NCBI GenBank assembly: GCA_902806405.1
Contig: CADCWL010000247.1
Span: forward strand, 71 to 64,070
Reading direction: 5' to 3'
Source: an uncultured Thermomicrobiales bacterium
GTDB lineage: Bacteria > Chloroflexota > Chloroflexia > Thermomicrobiales > UBA6265
DNA length: 64,000 bases
In this document: piece by piece, positions 21,277 to 30,692 of the stretch
Position numbering within the stretch: position 1 is the stretch's first letter
Layout of the letters: each line of letters opens with the position of its first letter
Notes under the pieces: model-generated
Databases searched by the model: none
Told to the model about the DNA's origin: nothing
Seen by the model: the letters and a program-made list of their open reading frames with translations, nothing else
Position numbers and translations under genes: made by a program

Positions 21277-23397
21277 TTAGAGCCGATCACCCGCCGCCGC
21301 GGCTCGCGGTCCGCCCCCGCGCCACCGTCGCCGGCCGTCCGCCACGAGGAGGACCGCGACCGCCGACGCGCCGAGCACGCTACCCGCCCTGGCGAGCCAG
21401 TCGACGCCATCGACCGCGTAACGGAGCTCGATCCGCACCGCCCCGTCCGGGACCGGCACGCTCATGTAACCGTCCCGCGTCCGGGTCACCGGCACCCCCT
21501 CGCCGTCGACCGTCGCTCGCCAACGCGGATACCAGTTGCGCCGGATCAGCGCCTCTCCCCCGTCGCCGCCGCCGTTCGCCGTGATCCGGTGGCCGCCCGA
21601 CTCGATCGACACGGCGTTCACACCACCGAAGGTGACGATCGAGGTCGGCTCCCGCACGGCATACACGTCGTAGACCCCGGAGCGGACCGGGCGTAGCGCC
21701 GGCGCCGCCCCGGCCGCCGCCTGCGCGTCCCCCGTCACCGCGACGGCACCGATGCCATGACTGGCGAGATAGGTTGGCTGCAGCGCCCGGGCTTCGTCGG
21801 GGTAGCTGTGACCGTTCGCGAAGTCGTATCCGGGAGTTCCGGCGTGGAGCGGCTGCCAGTACCAGAGCCAGTCGTCGTAGAAGAGGGGCCGCTCCGTCCA
21901 GAGCGGCGCCCACAGCTGCTGGTGCCAGGAGAGGCCGGTGCCAAGGACGAGCAGGGCCGTGCCCGGCGCAGCCGCCGCGTCCGCCGCCTCCACCGCGGCC
22001 CGAAGATCGGCATGGGCCGGCGCTACCGTGTCGACCACCGGGTAGAGTCCGCGCGCCGGGGTCGGCGGCCGCGCCGGCTCCGGCGCGGCGCCCCCGGCCG
22101 GGGCGACGAAGCCGACCAGCAACAAGGCAACCGCGAGCACCTGGGCAACGTCCGCCAACGGTGTGCCACCCTTCCCGATCCTGGCGGCGGCCCAGGCGAG
22201 GCCACGCCGTAACGCGGTCGCCGCCAAAAAGATCGTCAACAGCCGCTGGAACGGCATCAAGCGCGTCGCCTCCAGCTGCGGCACGAGGTTCGCAGCCTCG
22301 GGCTGGGTGGCGAACAGGAGCGTCGTTGCCGCGTACAGCGGCAGGCACATGGCGGCAGCGCGGGTGACCGGTCGGTCCGGTGCCGTCCAGCAGGCGGCTG
22401 CGCCGCCCACCGCGAGCGCGAAGACGGGCCACGAGACCGCCTGCACGGCGCTTCGGAGGTAGTCCCCCGCACCGCCGTACGCCTCGTACCGGACGAAATC
22501 GTAGAGACCGGAAAAGCGCATCAACGAGACGATCTGCGGCGCCGCCAGGAGGACCGTCAACGCGCCCACCGCCGCCAGACGCCGGACCGGCACGGCGCGG
22601 GCGTCCGTCCCGCCGCCACGCCGGGTGACGTCCGCGAGCCAGACGCCGACCCCGACCACCCCGAGCGCCACCACCGACCGCGGGTTGGTCATCATCGCGA
22701 CGCTCGCCGCCAGGGTCGCGCCCGCGGCGTAGAGGCTGCGCCCCTGCTCCAAGTACGCGGTGAGCCAGAAGAGGACGAAGAGGAGGGCAACGGAGGCAGC
22801 GACGTTGGTCACCAGGCCCCACTGGACCAACTCCGTGTACCCACCGTGCTCCCACCCGCCGGCAACCACGACGTGGGCCGTAGTCGCCGTCAGGGCGACG
22901 CCGAGCGGCCAGCCGTCCCGGCGTGCCATGAGAACGAACGCGAGGCCGGGCAGGAGGAAGATCAGGCCGACCGCCAGCTTGTGGACGACGACGAGCGGTA
23001 ACGCGCCAAGCAGCAGCGCCCAGAGTCCGACCTCGAGCCAGGCGACGCCAAGGGGGTAAAACTCGACCGGGTATCCCCCCTGGTGGTGATCGACCCAGCG
23101 AAGGAGGTGCCCGTCGGCGAGTGCGCGCCGCAGCGTCTCCGCGCGCGCCGCGTGGAACGGGTGGTCTACCCCCGCGAAGGTATCCGGCAACCGGACCAGA
23201 GCGCCCGCGAGCGGCACCTCGCCCCAGACGCGGAACACGCCGAGCCGTGCGGCGACCCATAGCGCCAGCGCGAACAGCGCAGCCACCCAGACGCCGGCTG
23301 GCAAACCCCGTGTTCCCGAACCGAGCGAAGGCGACGGACGGGTGGTCGGTGAAGGCGTCGCTGGTGCGTCGGTCATCGAAGGTGCCGGGGCCGTCAC
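21277..23397 (-). CDS. Large membrane protein, GT-C-like (PTPS-related/YfhO-like)
   Basis: DHPFH, GYPVEFYP, many TM helices, C-terminal NWYPRWRATVDG as in YfhO-type proteins. Confidence 0.8.
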   Translation of the reverse strand: MTAPAPSMTDAPATPSPTTRPSPSLGSGTRGLPAGVWVAALFALALWVAARLGVFRVWGEVPLAGALVRLPDTFAGVDHPFHAARAETLRRALADGHLLRWVDHHQGGYPVEFYPLGVAWLEVGLWALLLGALPLVVVHKLAVGLIFLLPGLAFVLMARRDGWPLGVALTATTAHVVVAGGWEHGGYTELVQWGLVTNVAASVALLFVLFWLTAYLEQGRSLYAAGATLAASVAMMTNPRSVVALGVVGVGVWLADVTRRGGGTDARAVPVRRLAAVGALTVLLAAPQIVSLMRFSGLYDFVRYEAYGGAGDYLRSAVQAVSWPVFALAVGGAAACWTAPDRPVTRAAAMCLPLYAATTLLFATQPEAANLVPQLEATRLMPFQRLLTIFLAATALRRGLAWAAARIGKGGTPLADVAQVLAVALLLVGFVAPAGGAAPEPARPPTPARGLYPVVDTVAPAHADLRAAVEAADAAAAPGTALLVLGTGLSWHQQLWAPLWTERPLFYDDWLWYWQPLHAGTPGYDFANGHSYPDEARALQPTYLASHGIGAVAVTGDAQAAAGAAPALRPVRSGVYDVYAVREPTSIVTFGGVNAVSIESGGHRITANGGGDGGEALIRRNWYPRWRATVDGEGVPVTRTRDGYMSVPVPDGAVRIELRYAVDGVDWLARAGSVLGASAVAVLLVADGRRRWRGGGPRAAAAGDRL

Positions 23398-23813
23398 GCC
23401 CGGCCGGGCTCACTTGGACCCTCTTTCCCCGCGTCGGCCGTCATCGCCAGCCACAGGCCGAGTGCCGATCCTGCCAGCAGCACGGCCGCGGCGCCGAAGA
23501 GGCCGACCCGCACCAGGGTGGCCGACCCGCCGTCCGCCAGCTCCTCGACGAAGCGCGGCCAGATGCTCGACAGCGGCACCGAGCGCCGGAAGCGAACGAA
23601 GGAGCCGGCTCGAATCGACGCCGTGCCGAGGGCCAGAAAAAGCGCCAACCCCGCCACCGCCGCGATCCACACCGCGGTCACGACGCCGCGATGAGGCCGG
23701 ATGGCCTTCCCCGAGGGCGCATCGGTGACGCCTGCCGTACCGGTCGCTCCGGCCTCGACCGCCATCTCGGAAGCTTCCGTCTCCAACGCGACGGGTCGCT
23801 CCTCGGCCTCCAT
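23394..23813 (-). CDS. Hypothetical membrane protein (2 TM)
   Basis: ATG right after the upstream stop, overlaps the downstream start (GTGA); two hydrophobic segments. Confidence 0.65.
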   Translation of the reverse strand: MEAEERPVALETEASEMAVEAGATGTAGVTDAPSGKAIRPHRGVVTAVWIAAVAGLALFLALGTASIRAGSFVRFRRSVPLSSIWPRFVEELADGGSATLVRVGLFGAAAVLLAGSALGLWLAMTADAGKEGPSEPGRA

Positions 23814-23815
23814 GC

Positions 23816-25348
23816 TTAGGCGCTCAGGTAGTGCGGGATGACGTAGCGGGTGAAGACCATGACGTTCAGCAGCACCAGAGAGGCGAAGATCGCTCCCTGC
23901 GCGTAGGCATGGTAGGCCCGCGGCACCAGGGTCCGCAGTCCGAGTAGCAACAGCAGCGACGCGGCGTTGACGACCGGGAAGTAGTAGCGCGCTTGGGTCA
24001 GAGCGAAGCGCGTCCCGAATTGGATCACCGCCAGGTACACGGTCGCGCAGGAGGCCCCGAGCACGAGCAACGCGTACCACTGCCACCGCTCCGGCTGGGT
24101 GACGGAGTCGCCCGGCTCCCCAGCCTGGAGGGCGGCCTTCAGAACGTAGACGAGAAGCCCACCAACCGCGACAAGCAGCGGGATTGCGATGGCCCAGAGG
24201 AGGGTGGTGCCGAGGGGGATTTGGCGCCAGCCGAACTCGCCCCACGTCTCCCTAAACCGCATCACGACGAAGTCCGGGTCGGAGAGCATCCCGAAGAACG
24301 TTCCCGCCGGACGGTTCCAATACGACTGCAACGCCTCGATCTGATCCAGCCCGTCAAAGTTCCCGTAGGTACGATAGAGAAAGACGTACCACGGCGCTGC
24401 GAGGAGCGCGGCCGGCGCGACCACCAGTGCTCCGCGGCGAACCCAACCGCGCACGTCCCGCCAGCCCACCGACAGCATCACGGCCATCGCGATCAAGGGA
24501 ACCGCCGCCAGACCATTCGCCTTAGTTAAGAGCGCGAGGCCGAGCACGAAGCCGAGCAAGACGCTCGTGCGCGTCGGGAATCGGTCCCGGATGCCAATGA
24601 CCAGGAGGTACAAGATCCAGGAAAAGAGCGCGATGGCGACGATGTCGTTGTTGACCATTGCCGATTCGTAGGCGATCTGTGGCTGGAAGGCGACGAACGT
24701 CGGCACCGTCACCGCCAGGAAGGCGTCCCCCGGGAACAGCGCGCGCACCAGGCGGTAGGCCAGGAAGACGGTGGCCAAACCGAACGGTATGGCCGCCAGC
24801 CGGAGAAGGTAGTGCTGCTGGACCGCCGAGAGCGAGGCGCTCGCCCAATAGATCGGCGTCATCAACACGTAGTAGAGAGGCGGATGGTTCGCCGCGTACT
24901 GATACCCGGTGGCAAACGCAACCCCCGCCACGGTAACCGCCCGCGGAGGATCGTTCGCCCAACGCGGCTCGTCTGGCTCGCAATGCCAGTAGAGCGCGTA
25001 GGCACAGTACGGGTACAACTCGTCGGGGAGCCCGTCGACCCGCGGGTTAAGGCCGGACTGGAAGGCGCGGCGCCACTCCTCCAACTCCGGCAGGACCGGC
25101 ACCCGCCCGTCCGTCGCCACGGTCCGCAGGTAGCTGTAGTGCGCTACCTCGTCGTGACCACTGAAAGGGCGGAAAGCGACGACGAACACCACCTGCTTGA
25201 CCAGGTAGAGCGCGAAGAGCACCAGCAGGAACCGCCGAACGCCCGACCAGGCGCGGAAGCCGCTCCTACCCCTGTCGACCGTTGACACCCGTGCCCGCAC
25301 TGCGACCGATGGCATCGGGATCTGTTCGGCCAGGTCTGCCATCGACAT
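23816..25348 (-). CDS. GT-C fold glycosyltransferase (GT39/PMT_2/DUF2142-like)
   Basis: GHDEVAH, HPPLYY, VNND, QARYYFP, multiple TM helices. Confidence 0.85.
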   Translation of the reverse strand: MSMADLAEQIPMPSVAVRARVSTVDRGRSGFRAWSGVRRFLLVLFALYLVKQVVFVVAFRPFSGHDEVAHYSYLRTVATDGRVPVLPELEEWRRAFQSGLNPRVDGLPDELYPYCAYALYWHCEPDEPRWANDPPRAVTVAGVAFATGYQYAANHPPLYYVLMTPIYWASASLSAVQQHYLLRLAAIPFGLATVFLAYRLVRALFPGDAFLAVTVPTFVAFQPQIAYESAMVNNDIVAIALFSWILYLLVIGIRDRFPTRTSVLLGFVLGLALLTKANGLAAVPLIAMAVMLSVGWRDVRGWVRRGALVVAPAALLAAPWYVFLYRTYGNFDGLDQIEALQSYWNRPAGTFFGMLSDPDFVVMRFRETWGEFGWRQIPLGTTLLWAIAIPLLVAVGGLLVYVLKAALQAGEPGDSVTQPERWQWYALLVLGASCATVYLAVIQFGTRFALTQARYYFPVVNAASLLLLLGLRTLVPRAYHAYAQGAIFASLVLLNVMVFTRYVIPHYLSA

Positions 25349-25386
25349 CCTCGGGCGTAGCGGGCGGGCGGCGGAGAGGACAGCCC

Positions 25387-26973
25387 CTACGGCGAGGTCG
25401 CGACGCCGGACGGCTCCGCGACCCGCTTGATCTCGTGATACTCCTCGTCGGCGTTGACCCGCTCCAGGTCGTGCCGCTCGCCGAGCAGGTTCTTCGCGGC
25501 CAGCAGGCCCGTCTCGATCGAGTGATCCGTATTGTTGTAACGGAACGAGCCGCCCCGCCCGATGTACTGCAGGTTTTCGAACGTCGCGATGTAGTCCTTC
25601 ACCGTGTTCAGCGGTTTCTCGTAGCCCACGAGATAGGTCGGGTATGCCCTCGGCGCACGGATCGCGAACCCTCCGATCACCTCGTCCCGCGCGATGAAGT
25701 GCATGTCGTCGACCAGATGCTTGACCGTCTGCTCAACGAGCGCCTCGTCGGTCATACCCCAAATGTGGTCGCCGCGCGAGCAGAAGTACTCCACCACCAG
25801 CGAGGTAAAGCCGTCGCCGGGCACCATCGCCGGGCTCCAATTCTTCGGCTCGTGAAATCGCCCAAAGAGAATGTTCTTGTCATGGACGTAGAGCCAGGTG
25901 TCGTTCGTCACCTGCGGCCGCTTGATCATCAGGTTGACCGTGATGATGTCGCGGAAGGTCAACGATTTGGCGGCCGCGATCACCTCGGGCGGGGCGGCCG
26001 GCTCCATCATCTGGGCGAGCAAGGTCAACGGCACCGAGGAGATAAAGTTCTCCCCCTCGATCCGCTCCTTTGCCCCGTTCTCGACGACGGTGACGGCGGT
26101 CACCCGGCGGCCGTCGTGGTGAACGCTCTCGATCCCGGCGCCGAGCCGGATCCGGTTCCCCTTAGCGGTGATCGTGTCCGCCATTCGCTCCGAGAAGCGG
26201 CCGAAGCCGTCGCGCGGGTACATGAACTTGTCGATCAGGCTGACAACTTTCCCCTTGGAGGGGACGATGGCGTCCTTGACCACCGTCAGCAGCGACATCC
26301 CCTTCGCCCGCTGCCCGACCCAGTCACCGCTCATCTCGTTGCAGGGCCGGCCCCAGACCTTCTCCGAGTAGCGCTGGAAGAAGAGCTTGTAGAGGGTAGG
26401 ACCATAGAGGTCGATGAAGCCGTCCTCCATTGTCACGATCGGCTTCGGCTGGAGCCGGCGCTGCGCCCGCGAGCGCACGTAGTCGGCCATCGCCAGCGCC
26501 GCCGTCGCCGGGCCGATCGTCTTCAGCGCCCTTTGCAGCTTCAGCGGGTAGTCAAAGAACTTACCGTCGAAATAGATCCGACTGATCCGGTCGACCCAGA
26601 GCAACTCATCGGCGACCACCTCGCGGAACAGCTCGTTCAGCTCGTCGTTTTTCGTGAACCAGCGGTGGCCGCCGATGTCAAACTTGAACCGGCCGTACTC
26701 CGTGTCGCGCGTGATGGTCCGCGCCAGACCGCCGACGAAGGGAGCCTTCTCCAGGACCAAGGTCGGCTGTCCGGCCTTGCTCAGGACGTAGGCGGAGCAG
26801 AGTCCCGCCGGGCCAGCGCCCATCACCACCGTCCGTCCCGGCCCCGAACGCTCCCCAGACCCGGCGCCGTCCCCGTTCCCGGTGCCGTTCCCGCCGGTGG
26901 GCCAGTAGATCGTGGTCGGAGCCGCAGCGTGACCGTTGGAGGCGGCGGGCTGGCCGTCGCGGGGGGCATGCAT
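25387..26973 (-). CDS. FAD-dependent oxidoreductase, UDP-galactopyranose mutase-like
   Basis: GAGPAGL Rossmann motif, DIGGHRWF, KVWG, YPRDGFG, RAYP, GRGGSFRYNNTDHS. Confidence 0.85.
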   Translation of the reverse strand: MHAPRDGQPAASNGHAAAPTTIYWPTGGNGTGNGDGAGSGERSGPGRTVVMGAGPAGLCSAYVLSKAGQPTLVLEKAPFVGGLARTITRDTEYGRFKFDIGGHRWFTKNDELNELFREVVADELLWVDRISRIYFDGKFFDYPLKLQRALKTIGPATAALAMADYVRSRAQRRLQPKPIVTMEDGFIDLYGPTLYKLFFQRYSEKVWGRPCNEMSGDWVGQRAKGMSLLTVVKDAIVPSKGKVVSLIDKFMYPRDGFGRFSERMADTITAKGNRIRLGAGIESVHHDGRRVTAVTVVENGAKERIEGENFISSVPLTLLAQMMEPAAPPEVIAAAKSLTFRDIITVNLMIKRPQVTNDTWLYVHDKNILFGRFHEPKNWSPAMVPGDGFTSLVVEYFCSRGDHIWGMTDEALVEQTVKHLVDDMHFIARDEVIGGFAIRAPRAYPTYLVGYEKPLNTVKDYIATFENLQYIGRGGSFRYNNTDHSIETGLLAAKNLLGERHDLERVNADEEYHEIKRVAEPSGVATSP

Positions 26974-27098
26974 CGTGATCAGTCCCTTTCGTGGCCGGTT
27001 AATGGTCCAGATGCAGGAGAGGCGCGACCGCGCTGACGGCCGGCGGCGGGCACAAACGGCGCTACTGTATACCACCGGTTTGCCTCGACCGCCACCGC

Positions 27099-27758
27099 TC
27101 ACCGAGGCGGGTCGAACCGCCTTCCGCTCGCGCGGAGTGCGAAGCCGGTCACCGCGGCGACGAGCCAACCGAAAGCAGCAGCGAACAGCACAAACAGGCC
27201 GAGCAGCACCGCCCTTGCAGGAGGTGTCGCACGCTCGCCCGACCGTGTTTGCAAGAACGCGGCCAAAACGTCGACGCCGCGAGCGCCCGAATAGCTCTTG
27301 ATGCTCCAGAGCGAGACCACATCGTCCCGATTGCGCGGTCCCACCTCGACCCGAACGTAATACCGGCTGCCTGCCGACTCCGCAATCGGTGGAAACCGGA
27401 CCGTGACGAACGGGTCGGCGAAGACGGCCTTGTCGTGCCTGATCCGCTCCCCGTGGAGGGAGAGCGGGACCGCCCGCAGGTCCGACGCGCCTGGGCGGTC
27501 GGGCCGGACGAAGACCGCCAGGTCGTAGTCGGCCTCGGGGTGGTAGGCGCGGAGGTCGAGGTCGACGCGGTTGAAGCCCGGGTAGTTCGGGGTGACGAAG
27601 CCGCCGCGGACGGCGATCCCGCGCTCCCGGTCGAGCGTGAGGGCAAAGCCGAACGGCGCGCTGTGCCGCACCTCCATCGGCGCCAGCAGCGCGAGTCCGA
27701 CGAGAATCAGCGCCGCGACCGAGCCGACGGCGACAGCGATCGTGCCGCGGGTCCTCAC
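27099..27758 (-). CDS. Hypothetical protein, N- and C-terminal TM anchors around an extracytoplasmic beta domain
   Basis: GTG overlapping the upstream TGA; hydrophobic ends; FPPIAESAGSRYYVRV motif. Confidence 0.7.
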   Translation of the reverse strand: MRTRGTIAVAVGSVAALILVGLALLAPMEVRHSAPFGFALTLDRERGIAVRGGFVTPNYPGFNRVDLDLRAYHPEADYDLAVFVRPDRPGASDLRAVPLSLHGERIRHDKAVFADPFVTVRFPPIAESAGSRYYVRVEVGPRNRDDVVSLWSIKSYSGARGVDVLAAFLQTRSGERATPPARAVLLGLFVLFAAAFGWLVAAVTGFALRASGRRFDPPR

Positions 27759-29170
27759 GGCAGGATCGCCGCGCCGCCCCCCGGCCCGTAGTAGAAGGGG
27801 AGCAGATACCGTAGGGCGACAACGACGTTCAACCCCGTCAGCAGCACAACCAGGAGCGGCAGCGCCGCCGGCCGAGCCCGCACCGGCAACCAGCCGGCGA
27901 CACCGAGCAGGGTGAGCGTCGCGAAGCCGATCATCGCCGGGAAGGCGAACCGGGCCTGGGTGAACTGGATCGTCCCGACGTAGAGCACGCCAAAGCAGAG
28001 GAGCGCAACCGAGAGCGCGAGCAACCCGACCCCTCGCCGCTGGAAGACCGTCCATTGCGGTGGCCGCCGCGCGCCACGGTTCGACGGCAGTCCGCGCCGG
28101 GCCGCGCCGACGAGGATCCCGGCCAGGGCGACAAGCCAGACAACCCAGACGGCGCGAAAGCCGTCCGGATCGAACGGCACCTGCCGCCATCCGAAGTTGC
28201 CCCAGAAGTCCTCCAGCAACTGCCGCCAGAAAGACGCGGAGCTCACCATCTCCCCGTACGACCGGGCCTGATCCCCGTACTCAGGGATCAAGCGCAGCCG
28301 CGCGGCCCCCGTCGGGTCGCCGTACAGCAACCAGGAGCGGAGGAACCAGGGCGCTACGAGCAGCAGCGGCAGACCGAGTGCTCGGCCGATCGGTCGGATC
28401 AACTCCCGCCACGTCCCTCCGCCGTCCCACCAGACAAGCAACAACCCGAGACCGACCACCGGCAGCACCAGCCCGAAGCTCGCCTTGGTCCAGAGGCCGG
28501 CGGCGCCGACCAGGCCGATTGCCCACTGCCTCCGCGCTGGGAAGCCGTCCCGGAGGCCGCCCAGGGTGAGATGAAGAACGAGCGAGACGAGGAGGATAAG
28601 GAGCACGTCGTGGTTGACGATGGCCGCCTCGAACGAGAGCTGCGGCTGGAAGGCGACGAAGAGCGGCACCCCGACCCGAAACAGCACGTCGCCGGGAAAG
28701 AGCAGCCGCGCCGTCGACGCCGCTAGCCAGACAACGCCGACGCCGGCGGCAACAGAGAAGAGGCGGAGAAGGAGGAGACGATCCTCGATCCCGGCCGGCG
28801 AACCGATCGCGTAGAGCGGCACGAGCAGCGCGTGGTAGAGGGGGGGGTGGATCACCTCGGCGTTGGTCGGGTAATCGGCCACGTAGGCCGCGAACGGCTC
28901 CGCCTCGGGCGGCAAATCGACCTCACCGACGACGCCGAGGCCGTTCCCCTCCGCCAGCCGCGCGACGTAGAAGAAATGGTCGACCTCGTCGTGCCCGGTG
29001 AACGGTCCGACCATCGCCGCGAGGAGGACCCCCTTGACGGCAAAAAGGAAAAGAAGCGGTCCCAGCCATGCTCTATCTCCCCGCCCGGATTCCTCCCTCG
29101 TCCCCTCCCTGCGTGAATGGGGTCGACGGATCGCTGAGACGGCGACGGGCCTGGGAGCGATGCGCGGCAT
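27755..29170 (-). CDS. GT-C fold glycosyltransferase (GT39/PMT_2/DUF2142-like), paralog of 23816..25348
   Basis: GHDEVDH, HPPLYH, FVAFQPQ, VNHD, FWGNFGWRQ, QARFAFP. Confidence 0.85.
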   Translation of the reverse strand: MPRIAPRPVAVSAIRRPHSRREGTREESGRGDRAWLGPLLFLFAVKGVLLAAMVGPFTGHDEVDHFFYVARLAEGNGLGVVGEVDLPPEAEPFAAYVADYPTNAEVIHPPLYHALLVPLYAIGSPAGIEDRLLLLRLFSVAAGVGVVWLAASTARLLFPGDVLFRVGVPLFVAFQPQLSFEAAIVNHDVLLILLVSLVLHLTLGGLRDGFPARRQWAIGLVGAAGLWTKASFGLVLPVVGLGLLLVWWDGGGTWRELIRPIGRALGLPLLLVAPWFLRSWLLYGDPTGAARLRLIPEYGDQARSYGEMVSSASFWRQLLEDFWGNFGWRQVPFDPDGFRAVWVVWLVALAGILVGAARRGLPSNRGARRPPQWTVFQRRGVGLLALSVALLCFGVLYVGTIQFTQARFAFPAMIGFATLTLLGVAGWLPVRARPAALPLLVVLLTGLNVVVALRYLLPFYYGPGGGAAILP

Positions 29171-29188
29171 AGACCCGATCCTGCGTCC

Positions 29189-29614
29189 TTAGGCGCGCCA
29201 GGTGATGAAGTGGTTGAGGACGAAGTTCCAGACCGCGGCAACGCCGGCACCGACCAGGTTCGCCAGCAGGTAGTGCATTCCCGCTTCCTCGTGCAGGTAG
29301 AGCAGGATCCCCCAGTTGATCATCAGGCCGCCGGAATTGATCGCCCCGTAGAAGAGTGCGCGGTGCAGGATGCGGCCGCTGCCGCGGTCGTGCCAGGTCC
29401 AGACCTCGTTCAAGCCGAAGGTGACGACCATCGAGACCGTGATCGCGATCGGGGAAGCGACGTTGACCGAGAGGGTGCCAAGCCCCGCGAGGAGGAAGAG
29501 CAGCGCCTGGTTCACCGCAAGGCCGATCCCGCCAACGACCAGGAACTTCTGAAAGCGCAGCGCAAGCGTTCGCGCTCGGACCGCGGGTCGCGGCCACGTT
29601 TCCGTCGTAACCAT
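29189..29614 (-). CDS. GtrA family protein (lipid-linked sugar flippase-like)
   Basis: KFLVVG, NEVWTW, WNFVLNHFITW; 4 TM helices. Confidence 0.92.
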   Translation of the reverse strand: MVTTETWPRPAVRARTLALRFQKFLVVGGIGLAVNQALLFLLAGLGTLSVNVASPIAITVSMVVTFGLNEVWTWHDRGSGRILHRALFYGAINSGGLMINWGILLYLHEEAGMHYLLANLVGAGVAAVWNFVLNHFITWRA

Positions 29615-29755
29615 GCGGGTCCAATCCTCCGTCGCGCAGAAGGGGAGCGGGCACCGGCGCCCACCATCGCGCGGCGGGGCGCGAGAGGCCTCACGATACC
29701 ACGGCCGGGTGATGCCCAGAATCTACGCTGGATTCCGCCCCGCCGCCTGTCGACT

Positions 29756-29771
29756 AGGCACCGTTCTTGCA
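29756..29771 (+). promoter_or_regulatory. Sigma-54 -24/-12 promoter
   Basis: AGGCACCGTTCTTGCA vs consensus TGGCAC-N5-TTGCW; 72 nt before ATG 29843. Confidence 0.7.
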
Positions 29772-29842
29772 TCCCTCGAGATCGTTGTCAACGCAAGGGC
29801 GAGGCCGCCGGACGGGGGCTTCCGAGGGAGGAGATCGACGAG

Positions 29843-30088
29843 ATGGACGACCGACGCCAGCGCGGTTTCGAGCCGGTCCCGGAGGCGGGCGATGGGATCC
29901 CGGACGTCGTGGAGGCGGTCGAGCAGGGGGAGTTGACCGGCGAACAAGCCGCCGACCAGCTTCAGCAGGCAGCGCGCCGCCGCGTCGCCGAGGAGGGTCC
30001 GGCCCTGGACACCGATTCGGACGGCACCATCACCACCGGCGGCGCCGGTTCTGGCCAGGGCATGTCTCAGGCGCGAACGGGAAGCTAA
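29843..30088 (+). CDS. 81-aa acidic, hydrophilic small protein
   Basis: GAGGGAGGAG RBS; MDDRRQRGFEPVPEAGDGIPDVVEAVEQGEL...GGAGSGQGMSQARTGS. Confidence 0.75.
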   Translation: MDDRRQRGFEPVPEAGDGIPDVVEAVEQGELTGEQAADQLQQAARRRVAEEGPALDTDSDGTITTGGAGSGQGMSQARTGS

Positions 30089-30270
30089 CGCGACGGACCT
30101 TGGCTAGGCGCCGTACACGGTGTCGCCGCCCACCACGTCTCGGCCACCCCTCGAGACCCCCATCCCGTTGCGCGGGGGAGGTTCCCCATACCGCATGACG
30201 GTGGAGGTCTGAGCCGGTGCGGCGGAGGCGTTCGTTCCGTCGCCGCCCACCTTGGACGGTCGATTTCCCG

Positions 30271-30450
30271 CTAGTGCTGCTCCTCCTCAGCCGCCGCTTC
30301 GTCTTCAGCCTCATCGTAGCCACGCCGGCCGACGACCTCCCGCACCCGGGCCGACTCGGACGATTCTGACGTGTCGATCACCGCGTCGCGGCCGCGTGTT
30401 GACGCGGTCCCTCCCGAACCTTCGTTTTGCTCGTCGCTTCGCTCGCTCAT
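30271..30450 (-). CDS. 59-aa acidic, hydrophilic small protein (below the ORF-track cut-off)
   Basis: GAGGAGGAACA-ATG; MSERSDEQNEGSGGTASTRGRDAVIDTSESSESARVREVVGRRGYDEAEDEAAAEEEQH-TAG. Confidence 0.72.
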   Translation of the reverse strand: MSERSDEQNEGSGGTASTRGRDAVIDTSESSESARVREVVGRRGYDEAEDEAAAEEEQH

Positions 30451-30504
30451 TGTTCCTCCTCAATCGCCTTACCGAGCCTCGGTCCGGGTTCGGGCTGCTG
30501 GCGA

Positions 30505-30520
30505 TGCACGGGGTGTGCCA
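30505..30520 (-). promoter_or_regulatory. Sigma-54 -24/-12 promoter
   Basis: Minus strand TGGCACACCCCGTGCA; 55 nt before ATG 30450. Confidence 0.7.
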
Positions 30521-30692
30521 GGCGGGGGCGCGGCAGCCTTGCCCATTCCGCCGCGACGCCTTCCCGGAGCGCGAGATCCCTTCCGCCTGCGACCAGCGGT
30601 TCTTGCTCGGGATATCGTCCTTACGCTCGATCGCGGTGCCTCCGGCTCCATCGCACCAGCGGTCACACGTCGCCTTGCCGTCCGGCGCGCTC

